Shown here: piece by piece, positions 1 through 8,305 of the stretch
Position numbering within the stretch: the first letter of the stretch is position 1
Layout of the letters: every line of letters starts with the position of its first letter
Assembly (NCBI GenBank): GCA_040758355.1
Contig: JBFLWF010000049.1
Location: forward strand, 1 to 13,471
Source: Nitrospirota bacterium
GTDB taxonomy: Bacteria > Nitrospirota > Thermodesulfovibrionia > Thermodesulfovibrionales > Dissulfurispiraceae
Reading direction: 5' to 3'
DNA: 13,471 bases
Notes under the pieces: generated by a model
What the model was told of the DNA's origin: nothing
The model's input: only the letters and a program-made list of their open reading frames with translations
Database searches by the model: none
Position numbers and translations under genes: made by a program

Positions 1-53
1 GACTTGAAGCCGCGTTGTTTGAGGTTATTATGTGCTGTAGTTGCGGTTTGCAT
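1..53 (-). CDS. 5' end of a gene running off the window; possibly a Fur/PerR-family regulator
   Basis: Minus strand from ATG at 53 reads MQTATTAHNNLKQRGFKS. 'LKQRGFK' resembles the L-k-x-x-G-l-k N-terminal motif of Fur-family proteins. A good promoter lies upstream. Only ~18 codons are visible. Confidence 0.4.
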   Translation of the reverse strand, partial: MQTATTAHNNLKQRGFK

Positions 54-138
54 TGCCTTGTTGTCTGATTTGCCCAGTTTGTTAACTCCTTGTCAAAAAC
101 TATTCGCTGTTATTGAACAGCCTTTATGCTTTGATAAA

Positions 139-167
139 AATATAATAATATTTGAATATATTGTCAA
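139..167 (-). promoter_or_regulatory. sigma70-type promoter for the leftward gene at the window edge
   Basis: Minus strand TTGACA (167-162), 17-nt spacer, TATATT (144-139). Confidence 0.6.
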
Positions 168-184
168 GAAAAAAATATCTTTCG

Positions 185-874
185 CTATGAAAAAAGAGCT
201 ATAAGCACAAGGAAGGCCATGCCTTTTATTACCTCAAGCCAGCCTGTGGCCTTTAACTTTATCTTGTAAAGGGTGATGGAAAATATCGCATTATCGATGA
301 GCGGCAGGAGTATAATAACCGGCATCTGAATTAAATAGTAAGCAAATACGGCAAAAGCAACATAAAGAATCATCGAGACCCTCTGGGGAAATTCCTTTTT
401 AAGCTGAAGTTTTACCCTAAAAACACTTGCTGCGAAGAAGATTGCTACAGCTATATATAACCTGTTGTCAATCATATTTGTGGCAACAAATTTTGCAATG
501 AGGGATGAAAGCGTTAGAAGGGCAAAACCGCAAATCTCGGTGATAACGGCATGTTCACCCGCAAGATGTAACAACAGTATATAAGCGACGGGTATTAATG
601 CATATGGAAGTAATTTTATAACTGCCTCTCCGAGAATACCTATCATCATAAATGAAGCTATTGCGATCTGAGCGAAAAAGATCATTGCTGATTTTTTCGA
701 ATCAACATAACGGACCCACAATGTAAATGCCTGTTTTGAATTAATGAATAGGGATATTGCGAGAAGGGATAATAAGGCTTTAAGGTTAAATCTTCCAGCC
801 GCAATAATACCGGCGAGGTATGATAGTGCCATTACACCCCATGAACCGTATTCTTTCAGAATATACTTTTTCAT
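185..874 (-). CDS. YwiC-like integral membrane protein
   Basis: 229 aa, multiple hydrophobic helices. The N-terminal KEYGSWG resembles the (P)xEHGAW motif of YwiC-like proteins. Confidence 0.7.
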   Translation of the reverse strand: MKKYILKEYGSWGVMALSYLAGIIAAGRFNLKALLSLLAISLFINSKQAFTLWVRYVDSKKSAMIFFAQIAIASFMMIGILGEAVIKLLPYALIPVAYILLLHLAGEHAVITEICGFALLTLSSLIAKFVATNMIDNRLYIAVAIFFAASVFRVKLQLKKEFPQRVSMILYVAFAVFAYYLIQMPVIILLPLIDNAIFSITLYKIKLKATGWLEVIKGMAFLVLIALFS

Positions 875-920
875 TAATTTCCGTGTATATATTTTTGTAT
901 AATATTAATCAATTTTGGCC

Positions 921-949
921 TTGCTCACAAATGAGATAAATCATATATT
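921..949 (+). promoter_or_regulatory. candidate sigma70 promoter of the tup operon
   Basis: TTGCTC (921-926), 17 nt, TATATT (944-949). An alternative TATAAT lies at 898-903. Confidence 0.35.
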
Positions 950-960
950 CAATAGGGACT

Positions 961-1788
961 ATGAAATTCAGTAAAATCTTTCTGTTGATGATCTTATTGT
1001 CAGCATTTGTTGCTTCAACCTTATATGCAGAGACTCGTATCCGCTGTGCATCAACAACAAGCACGCAGAATTCCGGATTGTTCGATTACATCCTTCCGAT
1101 ATTCGAGAACAAGACAGGTATTAAAGTCGATGTGGTCGCTGTCGGAACAGGCGCTGCCATTGAGATAGGCAAAAGGGGAGATGCTGATGTGGTATTCGTC
1201 CACGCAAAGGAACAGGAGTTAAAGGCAGTTGAAGAAGGATATTTTGTGAATCGCCATGATGTCATGTATAACGACTTTGTCATCGTCGGCCCTGCAAATG
1301 ATCCATTAAAAATAAAAGGCATAAAGTCAGCAACAGAGGCATTCAAAAAGATTGCAGAAAATAATTATCCATTTGTATCGAGGGGAGATAAATCAGGCAC
1401 TCATACAAAGGAGCTGTCAATATGGGAAAGAGCAAGAATCGAGCCGAAAGGACAAAAGTGGTACCTTGAGGTAGGACAGGGAATGGAAAAGACACAGAGG
1501 ATTGCCAATGAGAAGCGTGCATACACACTTACAGACAGAGGTACATGGCTTGCCACAAAGGATAAGGATAAGCTTGAGATGATAATTGTACTCGAAGGCG
1601 ATCAGATATTATTCAATCAGTATGGAGTAATGGCTGTAAATCCTCAAAAACATAAACATGTCAAATACAAAGAGTCTATGGAGTTTATAAACTGGCTCAT
1701 ATCAAAAGAAGGGCAGCAGACTATCGCATTATTTAAGGATAGAGATGAGAATCAACTATTTATTCCTAATGCAAATCGAGTAAAATAA
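961..1788 (+). CDS. tupA: tungstate ABC transporter substrate-binding protein
   Basis: Signal peptide; ASTTSTQNSGL (TTTS-type motif), VGTGAA, GDADVVFVHA, YNDFVIVGP, FVSRGDKSGTH and YTLTDRGT are typical TupA motifs. Permease and ATPase genes lie downstream. Confidence 0.93.
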   Translation: MKFSKIFLLMILLSAFVASTLYAETRIRCASTTSTQNSGLFDYILPIFENKTGIKVDVVAVGTGAAIEIGKRGDADVVFVHAKEQELKAVEEGYFVNRHDVMYNDFVIVGPANDPLKIKGIKSATEAFKKIAENNYPFVSRGDKSGTHTKELSIWERARIEPKGQKWYLEVGQGMEKTQRIANEKRAYTLTDRGTWLATKDKDKLEMIIVLEGDQILFNQYGVMAVNPQKHKHVKYKESMEFINWLISKEGQQTIALFKDRDENQLFIPNANRVK

Positions 1789-1792
1789 TGCC

Positions 1793-3019
1793 ATGCCTTT
1801 AGCTAAAGAAAGAAAAATCTACAAAACATTTATTATTTCCATAAGCCTAACCATTGCTTTGATTTTATCCGCCGTGTTCCTTGGCATGGCCATAAGAACC
1901 AAGCAGTTAATTTATGAAGAAAATATCATTAGAGCAAGGTCGCTTTTTAACAGTATAGTCTTAGCAAGAAAATGGAATGCGCGTCATGGCGGCGTATATG
2001 TCGAAAAAAAGAAGGGTGTAGAATCCAATCCATATTTAAAGAATCCGGATATTGAAACAACAGACGGTAAAATCTATACCAAAAGGAACCCTGCCTTAAT
2101 GACACGCGAGATTTCCGAATATGCCGAAAAAGAAGGCCTGTTTAAATTCCGTATAACAAGCTTAAAGCCTCTTAACCCAAACAATAAGCCTGATGCATTT
2201 GAAGCAGAGGCTTTAAAATCATTCGAAAAAGGGAAAAAAGAGGTGTTCCATAATGAAGAGAAAAACGGCAGGGCATATTTCAGATATATGGCGCCCCTTT
2301 ATGTGGAAAAGGAATGTCTGCAGTGTCATTTAAGGCAGGGATATAAAATAGGAGATGTGAGAGGAGGCATTAGTGTAGCCTTCGATATTGCAAATGTTCA
2401 GGATAAACTAAAAGCCAATACGTTCTTTATTATATTTTTTGCCACCACTACTACCTTGCTTTTATTAGGACTTGTTTACTTTTTTACGATAAGACTGATA
2501 AAAAGGGTTTACGAAGCACGCAGATTGATTGAGAAGCTGGCAACAACAGATGGTTTAACAGAGATATTCAACAGAAGGCATCTAATATCGAGATTTGAGG
2601 AGGAGTTTGAAAGGACAAAAAGACTAAAAAAAGAATTGGGCTGCATTATTCTCGACATCGACCGCTTTAAGTCCATCAATGATAATTATGGCCATTGCGT
2701 TGGTGATGAAGTATTAAAAGAAGTCGCTAATCGTACGAAAAACTCCATTCGACCATACGACATATTCGGTCGTTATGGAGGAGAAGAATTCATGATTGTA
2801 CTGCCGGAGACTGATTTTGAAGCCACAAAAAATCTTGCCGAAAGAATAAGAAACATTGTTAAAGAAAACCCGATAGAGGATATAAATTTAACAGTGAGTT
2901 TGGGCGCGGCTGTCATACAGGATAAAGATGAATCCATAGACGATATTATAAAAAGGGCGGATGGCGGCCTGTATAAAGCAAAGAACGCAGGAAGAGACAG
3001 GGTTGGGTGGATTCAATAA
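1793..3019 (+). CDS. membrane-bound diguanylate cyclase with DUF3365 (Tll0287-like) CXXCH sensor domain
   Basis: Two TM helices flank an extracytoplasmic domain with SLKPLNPNNKPDAFE, FRYMAPL and CLQCH (2315-2329). C-terminal TDGLT..NRR, DIDRFKSINDNYGH, RPYD I-site and GGEEF (2777-2791). Confidence 0.92.
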   Translation: MPLAKERKIYKTFIISISLTIALILSAVFLGMAIRTKQLIYEENIIRARSLFNSIVLARKWNARHGGVYVEKKKGVESNPYLKNPDIETTDGKIYTKRNPALMTREISEYAEKEGLFKFRITSLKPLNPNNKPDAFEAEALKSFEKGKKEVFHNEEKNGRAYFRYMAPLYVEKECLQCHLRQGYKIGDVRGGISVAFDIANVQDKLKANTFFIIFFATTTTLLLLGLVYFFTIRLIKRVYEARRLIEKLATTDGLTEIFNRRHLISRFEEEFERTKRLKKELGCIILDIDRFKSINDNYGHCVGDEVLKEVANRTKNSIRPYDIFGRYGGEEFMIVLPETDFEATKNLAERIRNIVKENPIEDINLTVSLGAAVIQDKDESIDDIIKRADGGLYKAKNAGRDRVGWIQ

Positions 3020-3705
3020 TAGAAGGCTTTGTAAAGGCATTTCACCTTATAATTACTCTTAACACAGATCTTTTAGGCATTATATTTCTATCCCTTAAGG
3101 TCTCAGGCGTAGCCCTTATAATATCAACCGCCGCAGGCCTTCCTCTGTCTGCCATCCTCGGTTTAAAAAAATTCCCTGCAAAGGGATTCGTCATAAGCCT
3201 CACAAACACATTTATGGGTCTTCCTCCTGTGGTTGTCGGACTCTTCGTTTACATCATGCTTTCAAGAAGCGGACCTCTCGGTTTTATGGGATTGCTCTAT
3301 ACGCCTTCAGCAATGGTCATTGCGCAGACAATTCTTGCATTTCCCATTGTGGTATCTCTTTGCCATTCGGCCATTGTCGGGGTTGATCCAATAATCAAGC
3401 AGGCATCAATGACCCTTGGCGCAACGCCTTTTCAAACAACAATTACAATAATAAAAGAGGCAAGATACGGGATAATGTCGGGTGTTATCGCAGCATTTGG
3501 AAGGGTTATGGCAGAGGTTGGCGCAATACTCATTGTCGGTGGAAACATTGCCGGTTATACACGGGTTATGACAACCACCATAGCATTGGAAACGGATAAG
3601 GGGAATTTCGAGCTCGCCCTTGCACTGGGAATAATACTCTTAACAATCTCGCTGCTTATAAATGCAGTACTTCATTTTATTCAGAAGAAAGGCATGGTTA
3701 AATGA
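3007..3705 (+). CDS. tupB: tungstate ABC transporter permease
   Basis: GTG start; MGLPPVVVGL, SRSGPLG, FGRVMAEVGA, GGNIAGYTRVMTTTIALET are TupB motifs. Confidence 0.92.
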   Translation: MDSIIEGFVKAFHLIITLNTDLLGIIFLSLKVSGVALIISTAAGLPLSAILGLKKFPAKGFVISLTNTFMGLPPVVVGLFVYIMLSRSGPLGFMGLLYTPSAMVIAQTILAFPIVVSLCHSAIVGVDPIIKQASMTLGATPFQTTITIIKEARYGIMSGVIAAFGRVMAEVGAILIVGGNIAGYTRVMTTTIALETDKGNFELALALGIILLTISLLINAVLHFIQKKGMVK

Positions 3706-3709
3706 ATAG

Positions 3710-4363
3710 ATGGGCCTGATATTAACTGTATCCGATATCTATAAAAGCTACAATGAAAAGCCCGTGCTGAAAGGCTGCTCATTTTCCTTTGACAGGGGCG
3801 GCGTCTATGTGTTGACAGGGCCAAATGGCAGCGGCAAATCCACACTTTTGAGAATCTGCGCCCTTCTTGAACCGCCTGATAGGGGAGAGATTAATTATCT
3901 CTCCGGCAGTGATATTGTTAAGAAGGACGCAGAACTGAAACGCAGGATGACCCTTGTATTGCCTAAAGTCGGAGTGTTCAACACCACTGTCTTCAAGAAT
4001 GCGGCTTACGGATTAAAAATCAGGGGAATAAAAGGCAATGAAATGGAAGAAAGGGTTAACAAGGCACTGGACTTTGTCGGACTCATGCACAAAAAAAATC
4101 AGAACGCCCTCACTCTTTCCAGCGGTGAAACTCAGAGGCTTGGCATAGCGAGGGCAATAGTCATAGATCCCGAGATAATCTTCCTTGATGAACCAACAGC
4201 CTCTGTCGATAGGGAGAACACAGAAATAATAGAAAATATCATTTTAAATATGAAAAGAGAGGACAAATCCACCATCGTCATTACCACCCATGACATGTCG
4301 CAGGCTGAGAGGCTTAGCGACATCATGCTCATTATGTCCGAAGGCAAGATTATTCAAGGTTAA
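3710..4363 (+). CDS. tupC: tungstate ABC transporter ATP-binding protein
   Basis: Walker A GPNGSGKS, signature variant LSSGETQR, Walker B IIFLDEPT, H-loop TTHD; follows tupB. Confidence 0.85.
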   Translation: MGLILTVSDIYKSYNEKPVLKGCSFSFDRGGVYVLTGPNGSGKSTLLRICALLEPPDRGEINYLSGSDIVKKDAELKRRMTLVLPKVGVFNTTVFKNAAYGLKIRGIKGNEMEERVNKALDFVGLMHKKNQNALTLSSGETQRLGIARAIVIDPEIIFLDEPTASVDRENTEIIENIILNMKREDKSTIVITTHDMSQAERLSDIMLIMSEGKIIQG

Positions 4364-4364
4364 G

Positions 4365-4394
4365 TTGCACTTTCAGGCTGTTTTTTAGTATCTT
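4365..4394 (+). promoter_or_regulatory. candidate promoter for the tRNA-Leu-galU operon
   Basis: TTGCAC (4365-4370), 18 nt, TATCTT (4389-4394), ending 8 nt before the tRNA. Confidence 0.45.
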
Positions 4395-4402
4395 ATGAGG
4401 AT

Positions 4403-4487
4403 GCCGGAGTGGCGGAATTGGTAGACGCAAGGGACTTAAAATCCCTCGGGTCTCTGACCTGTACGAGTTCGAGTCTCGTCTCCGGCA
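4403..4487 (+). tRNA. tRNA-Leu (anticodon TAA), CCA not encoded
   Basis: Acceptor stem GCCGGAG/CTCCGGC plus discriminator A; D-arm GCGGAATTGGTAGACGC; anticodon arm AGGGA-CTTAAAA-TCCCT; long variable arm; T-arm ACGAG-TTCGAGT-CTCGT. Confidence 0.97.
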
Positions 4488-4499
4488 CTTAAGGAATTT

Positions 4500-5372
4500 A
4501 TGAAAACAACTATTAAAAAAGCTATCCTTCCCGCTGCAGGTCTTGGCACGAGATTTCTGCCTGCTACCAAGGCATCGCCAAAAGAAATGATGCCAATAGT
4601 CGATAAACCATTGATCCAGTATGCAGTGGAGGAGTCTTTATCATGCGGCATAGAGGATTTCATTATCATTACAGGCAAATACAAAAGGGCCATCGAAGAC
4701 CACTTCGATACTGCATACAGGCTGGAAGAGAAATTGAGGGCATCCGGTAAAGAAACGATACTGGAAGAACTCAATAAGTTAAATAACATTAATCTTGCAT
4801 ACATACGGCAGAGGGTTCCCCTCGGCCTCGGTCATGCAATACTGTGCGCCAAGCCCTTTGTTAAGGACGAGCCTTTTGCGGTTATTTTAAGCGATGACGT
4901 CATAGACCCTGGATACCCTCTATTAAGAGAGATGATTAAGGTCTATGAAAAGAAGAAATGTCCTGTGATTGCGCTGGAAGAGGTTCCGGGGTCTGAGGTT
5001 CACCGCTATGGCATTGTCGACGGCAAACCGGAAGGTGCTGTGTATAAAATTAAGAACATGGTAGAAAAGCCTGCCCCTGACAAAGCCCCTTCAAATTTAG
5101 CTATAATAGGTAGGTATATACTGACGCCAGAAATATTCAAGATCCTCGAAAAGCAGAAGCCGGGGGCTGGAGGCGAGATACAACTGACCGATGCATTAAA
5201 AAGCCTTGTAAAAAAGACCCCCATTTATGGCTATCTGATAAAAGGAAAGAGATACGATGCTGGCGATAAACTGGGGTATTTGCAGGCAACGGTTGACTTT
5301 GCCCTTAAGAATAAGGAATTATCAGAGGGCTTTAAGAAGTATCTGGTTGAAAAAATCAAAGATTTACCATGA
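4500..5372 (+). CDS. galU: UTP--glucose-1-phosphate uridylyltransferase
   Basis: KAILPAAGLGTRFLPATKASPKEM, LGLGHAIL, VEKP, GAGGEIQLTDA, RYDAGDKLGY. Confidence 0.96.
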   Translation: MKTTIKKAILPAAGLGTRFLPATKASPKEMMPIVDKPLIQYAVEESLSCGIEDFIIITGKYKRAIEDHFDTAYRLEEKLRASGKETILEELNKLNNINLAYIRQRVPLGLGHAILCAKPFVKDEPFAVILSDDVIDPGYPLLREMIKVYEKKKCPVIALEEVPGSEVHRYGIVDGKPEGAVYKIKNMVEKPAPDKAPSNLAIIGRYILTPEIFKILEKQKPGAGGEIQLTDALKSLVKKTPIYGYLIKGKRYDAGDKLGYLQATVDFALKNKELSEGFKKYLVEKIKDLP

Positions 5373-5755
5373 AAAATGTCTTAAAAGGCTTGTTTTATTA
5401 TGAGGCAGAGACCTGCACGGGGCCTCTGATAGACATTTATGAGACCGCAGATGACCTCGTTTTTGAGGTCGACCTTCCGGGGATAGACCCGACCAATCTA
5501 TCCGTAAGGGTCTATGAGGATTTGCTTATTATCGAAGGAATGATGACCGACACCGATGATGAATTGCAATCGGGCGGTTTAAAGTATTTGTGCATGGAAA
5601 GAGGCGTAAAGGAATTCAGGCGTGTAATGAAGATACCCATCCATGTCAATACCGTGGCTGGAGATGCATTTTATAGCAATGGTGTTGTAACGGTAAAATT
5701 CCCGAAGCTGAAGGGCAAGTTGATAAAAATTAAAATAGAGAGAATAAGTAAATGA
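5369..5755 (+). CDS. Hsp20/alpha-crystallin family small heat shock protein
   Basis: PLIDIYET, VDLPGID, MERG..F.R, YSNGVVTVKFPK and a C-terminal I-X-I motif. ATGA overlap with galU. Confidence 0.88.
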   Translation: MKNVLKGLFYYEAETCTGPLIDIYETADDLVFEVDLPGIDPTNLSVRVYEDLLIIEGMMTDTDDELQSGGLKYLCMERGVKEFRRVMKIPIHVNTVAGDAFYSNGVVTVKFPKLKGKLIKIKIERISK

Positions 5756-5773
5756 GTGTTGGAGGAAATATAG

Positions 5774-8305
5774 ATGGCAGAAGCGAATAAGAATACCGAT
5801 AAAGAGCAGATAGAGATTCCCGATACATTGCCGGTGCTGCCTGCAAGGGATATTGTGGTTTTCCCTTACATGATACTCCCTTTGTTCGTAGGGAGGGATG
5901 TATCGATAAAGGCAATCGACCACTCCCTCAATACAAACAGGATGATATTGCTGCTTACCCAGAAAGACCTGAATGTGGAAGCGCCCACGCCTAATGACCT
6001 TTATTCCATGGGTACTGTATGCATGATCATGAGAATGCTGAAACTCCCGGATGGACGGGTGAAGATACTTGCACAGGGGTTGAGCAAGGCAAGAGTGGTC
6101 AATTTCTCGCAGCAGGAACCTTTCTTCATGGCTGAGATAGAAAAGATGGCAGAAGAAAAACCTGTGGAGATGACCCTTGAGAACGAGGCATTGATAAGGA
6201 ATGTCAAGGAGCAGATGGATAAGGCAGTATCCCTCGGAAGAACCATCCTGCCCGATGTGATGGTAGTCATAGAAAATATAGACGATCCCGGCAGGCTCGC
6301 AGACCTGATCGCATCCAACCTCGGCCTGAAAACAGAGCAGGCGCAGGAAATACTGGAGATGGCAGACCCCATCGAGAGATTAAAAAAGATAAGCGAAATA
6401 CTGACCAGAGAGATACAGTTATTAACCATACAGCAGAAGATCCAGACAGAGGCACGGGGGGAAATAGACAAGACACAGAGGGAATACTTCCTGCGCGAGC
6501 AGCTTAAGGCAATCCAAAGGGAATTGGGAGAGATAGACGAGCGTGCAGAAGAGATAAGGGAGTTTAAGAAAAAAATAGAAGAAGCAAAGATGTCAGAGAA
6601 GGTAATGAAAGAGGCGGAAAAGCAGCTAAAGCGGCTGGAGAAGATGCATCCTGACAGTGCTGAGGCTGGAACCATAAGGACATACCTCGAATGGCTTACA
6701 GAGCTGCCGTGGTCTAAGAGCACGAAAGACCAGCTCGATATAAAGGTGGCTGAGAAGGTTTTGAATGAGGATCACTATGACCTCGAAAAGGTCAAAGAAA
6801 GAATACTCGAATACCTCAGTGTCAGAAAGCTCAAGGAGAAGATGAAGGGTCCCATTTTATGCTTTATCGGACCTCCTGGCGTTGGAAAGACATCCCTCGG
6901 CCGTTCCATAGCCCGCTCCCTCGGAAGAGAGTTCGTCAGGATGTCCCTCGGAGGCGTTCGTGACGAGGCGGAAATCAGGGGACACAGAAGGACATATGTG
7001 GGCGCCCTCCCCGGCAGGATAATACAGGGAATAAAACAGGCAGGGACAAACAATCCCGTATTCATGCTCGATGAGATAGACAAGATCGGCATGGACTTCA
7101 GGGGAGACCCGTCTTCTGCACTTCTTGAAGTACTTGATCCCGAGCAGAACAATTCGTTCATGGACCATTATCTGGCAGTTCCCTTTGACCTGTCCAATGT
7201 AATGTTCATAACAACAGGGAATCTTGCAGATACCATACCCGGGCCGTTAAGGGACAGGATGGAGATATTATATCTTTCCGGTTATACAGAAGAAGAAAAA
7301 CTGGAGATAGCTAAAAAATACCTTATCCCAAAACAGCTTGAAGAACACGGTATAACATCGAAAATATTAAAGCTGAGCGACTCTGCCATCCCGCAGATAA
7401 TATCGCACTACACAAGGGAGGCTGGAGTCAGAAACCTCGAGCGCGAAATAGCCAATCTCTGCAGAAAAGTAGCAAAGCAGGTTGCAGAGGGAAAGGCAAA
7501 GAAATTCGATATCACTGCAGGCAATGTTCAAAAATATCTCGGTGTGCCCAAATATCTCCCTGAAGAGGAGATGAAAAAGGACGAGGTTGGAGTCTCTACG
7601 GGTCTTGCATGGACAGAGGCAGGCGGTGATGTCATATATGTGGAAGCCACAACCATGAAAGGCAAGGGAAGCCTTACCCTCACAGGGCAGCTTGGAGATG
7701 TCATGAAGGAATCTGCACAGGCTGCATTGAGCTATGTAAGGTCGCGGGCAAAGCAACTGAACATAAGCGAAGACGCATTCTCAAAGGTTGATTTGCATAT
7801 CCATGTTCCTGCAGGTGCCATTCCAAAAGACGGGCCGTCTGCAGGTATAACAATGGCAACTGCCATAGCTTCGGCACTTACAGGAAAAACCGTTAGAAAA
7901 GACGTTGCCATGACAGGAGAAGTGACATTAAGAGGCAGGGTTCTCCCCATAGGAGGACTTAAGGAGAAGACATTAGCTGCAAAAAGGATGGGGATAAAGA
8001 CCGTTATAATTCCTCACAGGAACAAGAAGGATCTCGAAGACCTTCCTAAGTATGTCAAGGAAGGGATGAATTTTATCCTTGCCGAGACAATGGATGATGT
8101 CTTAAAAACATCTATAAGCAGAGATAAAAAGGGTGCAAAGACCGGAAAGGTAGCAGTTACAACAGCAAAGGCAATGGCAGCTTCGCCGGCAAATAACAAG
8201 AATATTCGCAGCATAAAAGGATTAAAGGTAAAGCCAGGCATAAAAAATGAAACTCCGTCAAATAGGAGAGTTAAAACTTCTACAAGAAGTAAGAAAAAAG
8301 TTTAG
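5774..8305 (+). CDS. lon: ATP-dependent Lon protease (LonA)
   Basis: RBS GGAGG; LON N-domain; Walker A GPPGVGKT; Walker B MLDEIDK; catalytic PKDGPSAG and GGLKEK; long basic C-terminal tail. Confidence 0.98.
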   Translation: MAEANKNTDKEQIEIPDTLPVLPARDIVVFPYMILPLFVGRDVSIKAIDHSLNTNRMILLLTQKDLNVEAPTPNDLYSMGTVCMIMRMLKLPDGRVKILAQGLSKARVVNFSQQEPFFMAEIEKMAEEKPVEMTLENEALIRNVKEQMDKAVSLGRTILPDVMVVIENIDDPGRLADLIASNLGLKTEQAQEILEMADPIERLKKISEILTREIQLLTIQQKIQTEARGEIDKTQREYFLREQLKAIQRELGEIDERAEEIREFKKKIEEAKMSEKVMKEAEKQLKRLEKMHPDSAEAGTIRTYLEWLTELPWSKSTKDQLDIKVAEKVLNEDHYDLEKVKERILEYLSVRKLKEKMKGPILCFIGPPGVGKTSLGRSIARSLGREFVRMSLGGVRDEAEIRGHRRTYVGALPGRIIQGIKQAGTNNPVFMLDEIDKIGMDFRGDPSSALLEVLDPEQNNSFMDHYLAVPFDLSNVMFITTGNLADTIPGPLRDRMEILYLSGYTEEEKLEIAKKYLIPKQLEEHGITSKILKLSDSAIPQIISHYTREAGVRNLEREIANLCRKVAKQVAEGKAKKFDITAGNVQKYLGVPKYLPEEEMKKDEVGVSTGLAWTEAGGDVIYVEATTMKGKGSLTLTGQLGDVMKESAQAALSYVRSRAKQLNISEDAFSKVDLHIHVPAGAIPKDGPSAGITMATAIASALTGKTVRKDVAMTGEVTLRGRVLPIGGLKEKTLAAKRMGIKTVIIPHRNKKDLEDLPKYVKEGMNFILAETMDDVLKTSISRDKKGAKTGKVAVTTAKAMAASPANNKNIRSIKGLKVKPGIKNETPSNRRVKTSTRSKKKV

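Noticed and set aside
1..10. GACTTGAAGC also occurs at 13379-13388
   Set aside because: A single 10-bp match between two positions in 13 kb is expected by chance.
4..204. 66-aa plus-strand ORF
   Set aside because: No RBS or family features; it runs across a minus-strand promoter and gene start.
881..906. Possible ModE-like box (CGTGTATATA...TATAAT) upstream of tupA
   Set aside because: Only one half-site resembles the consensus, in very AT-rich DNA.
4470..4490. tRNA-Leu 3' end as an integration site
   Set aside because: No duplicate of the tRNA 3' end and no integrase; housekeeping genes follow directly.
4436..4804. 122-aa minus-strand ORF
   Set aside because: Antisense to the tRNA and galU; shadow ORF.
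6001..8241. Several antisense ORFs (up to 240 aa) within lon
   Set aside because: Ser/Ile/Phe-rich mirror translations expected from codon bias; no motifs.
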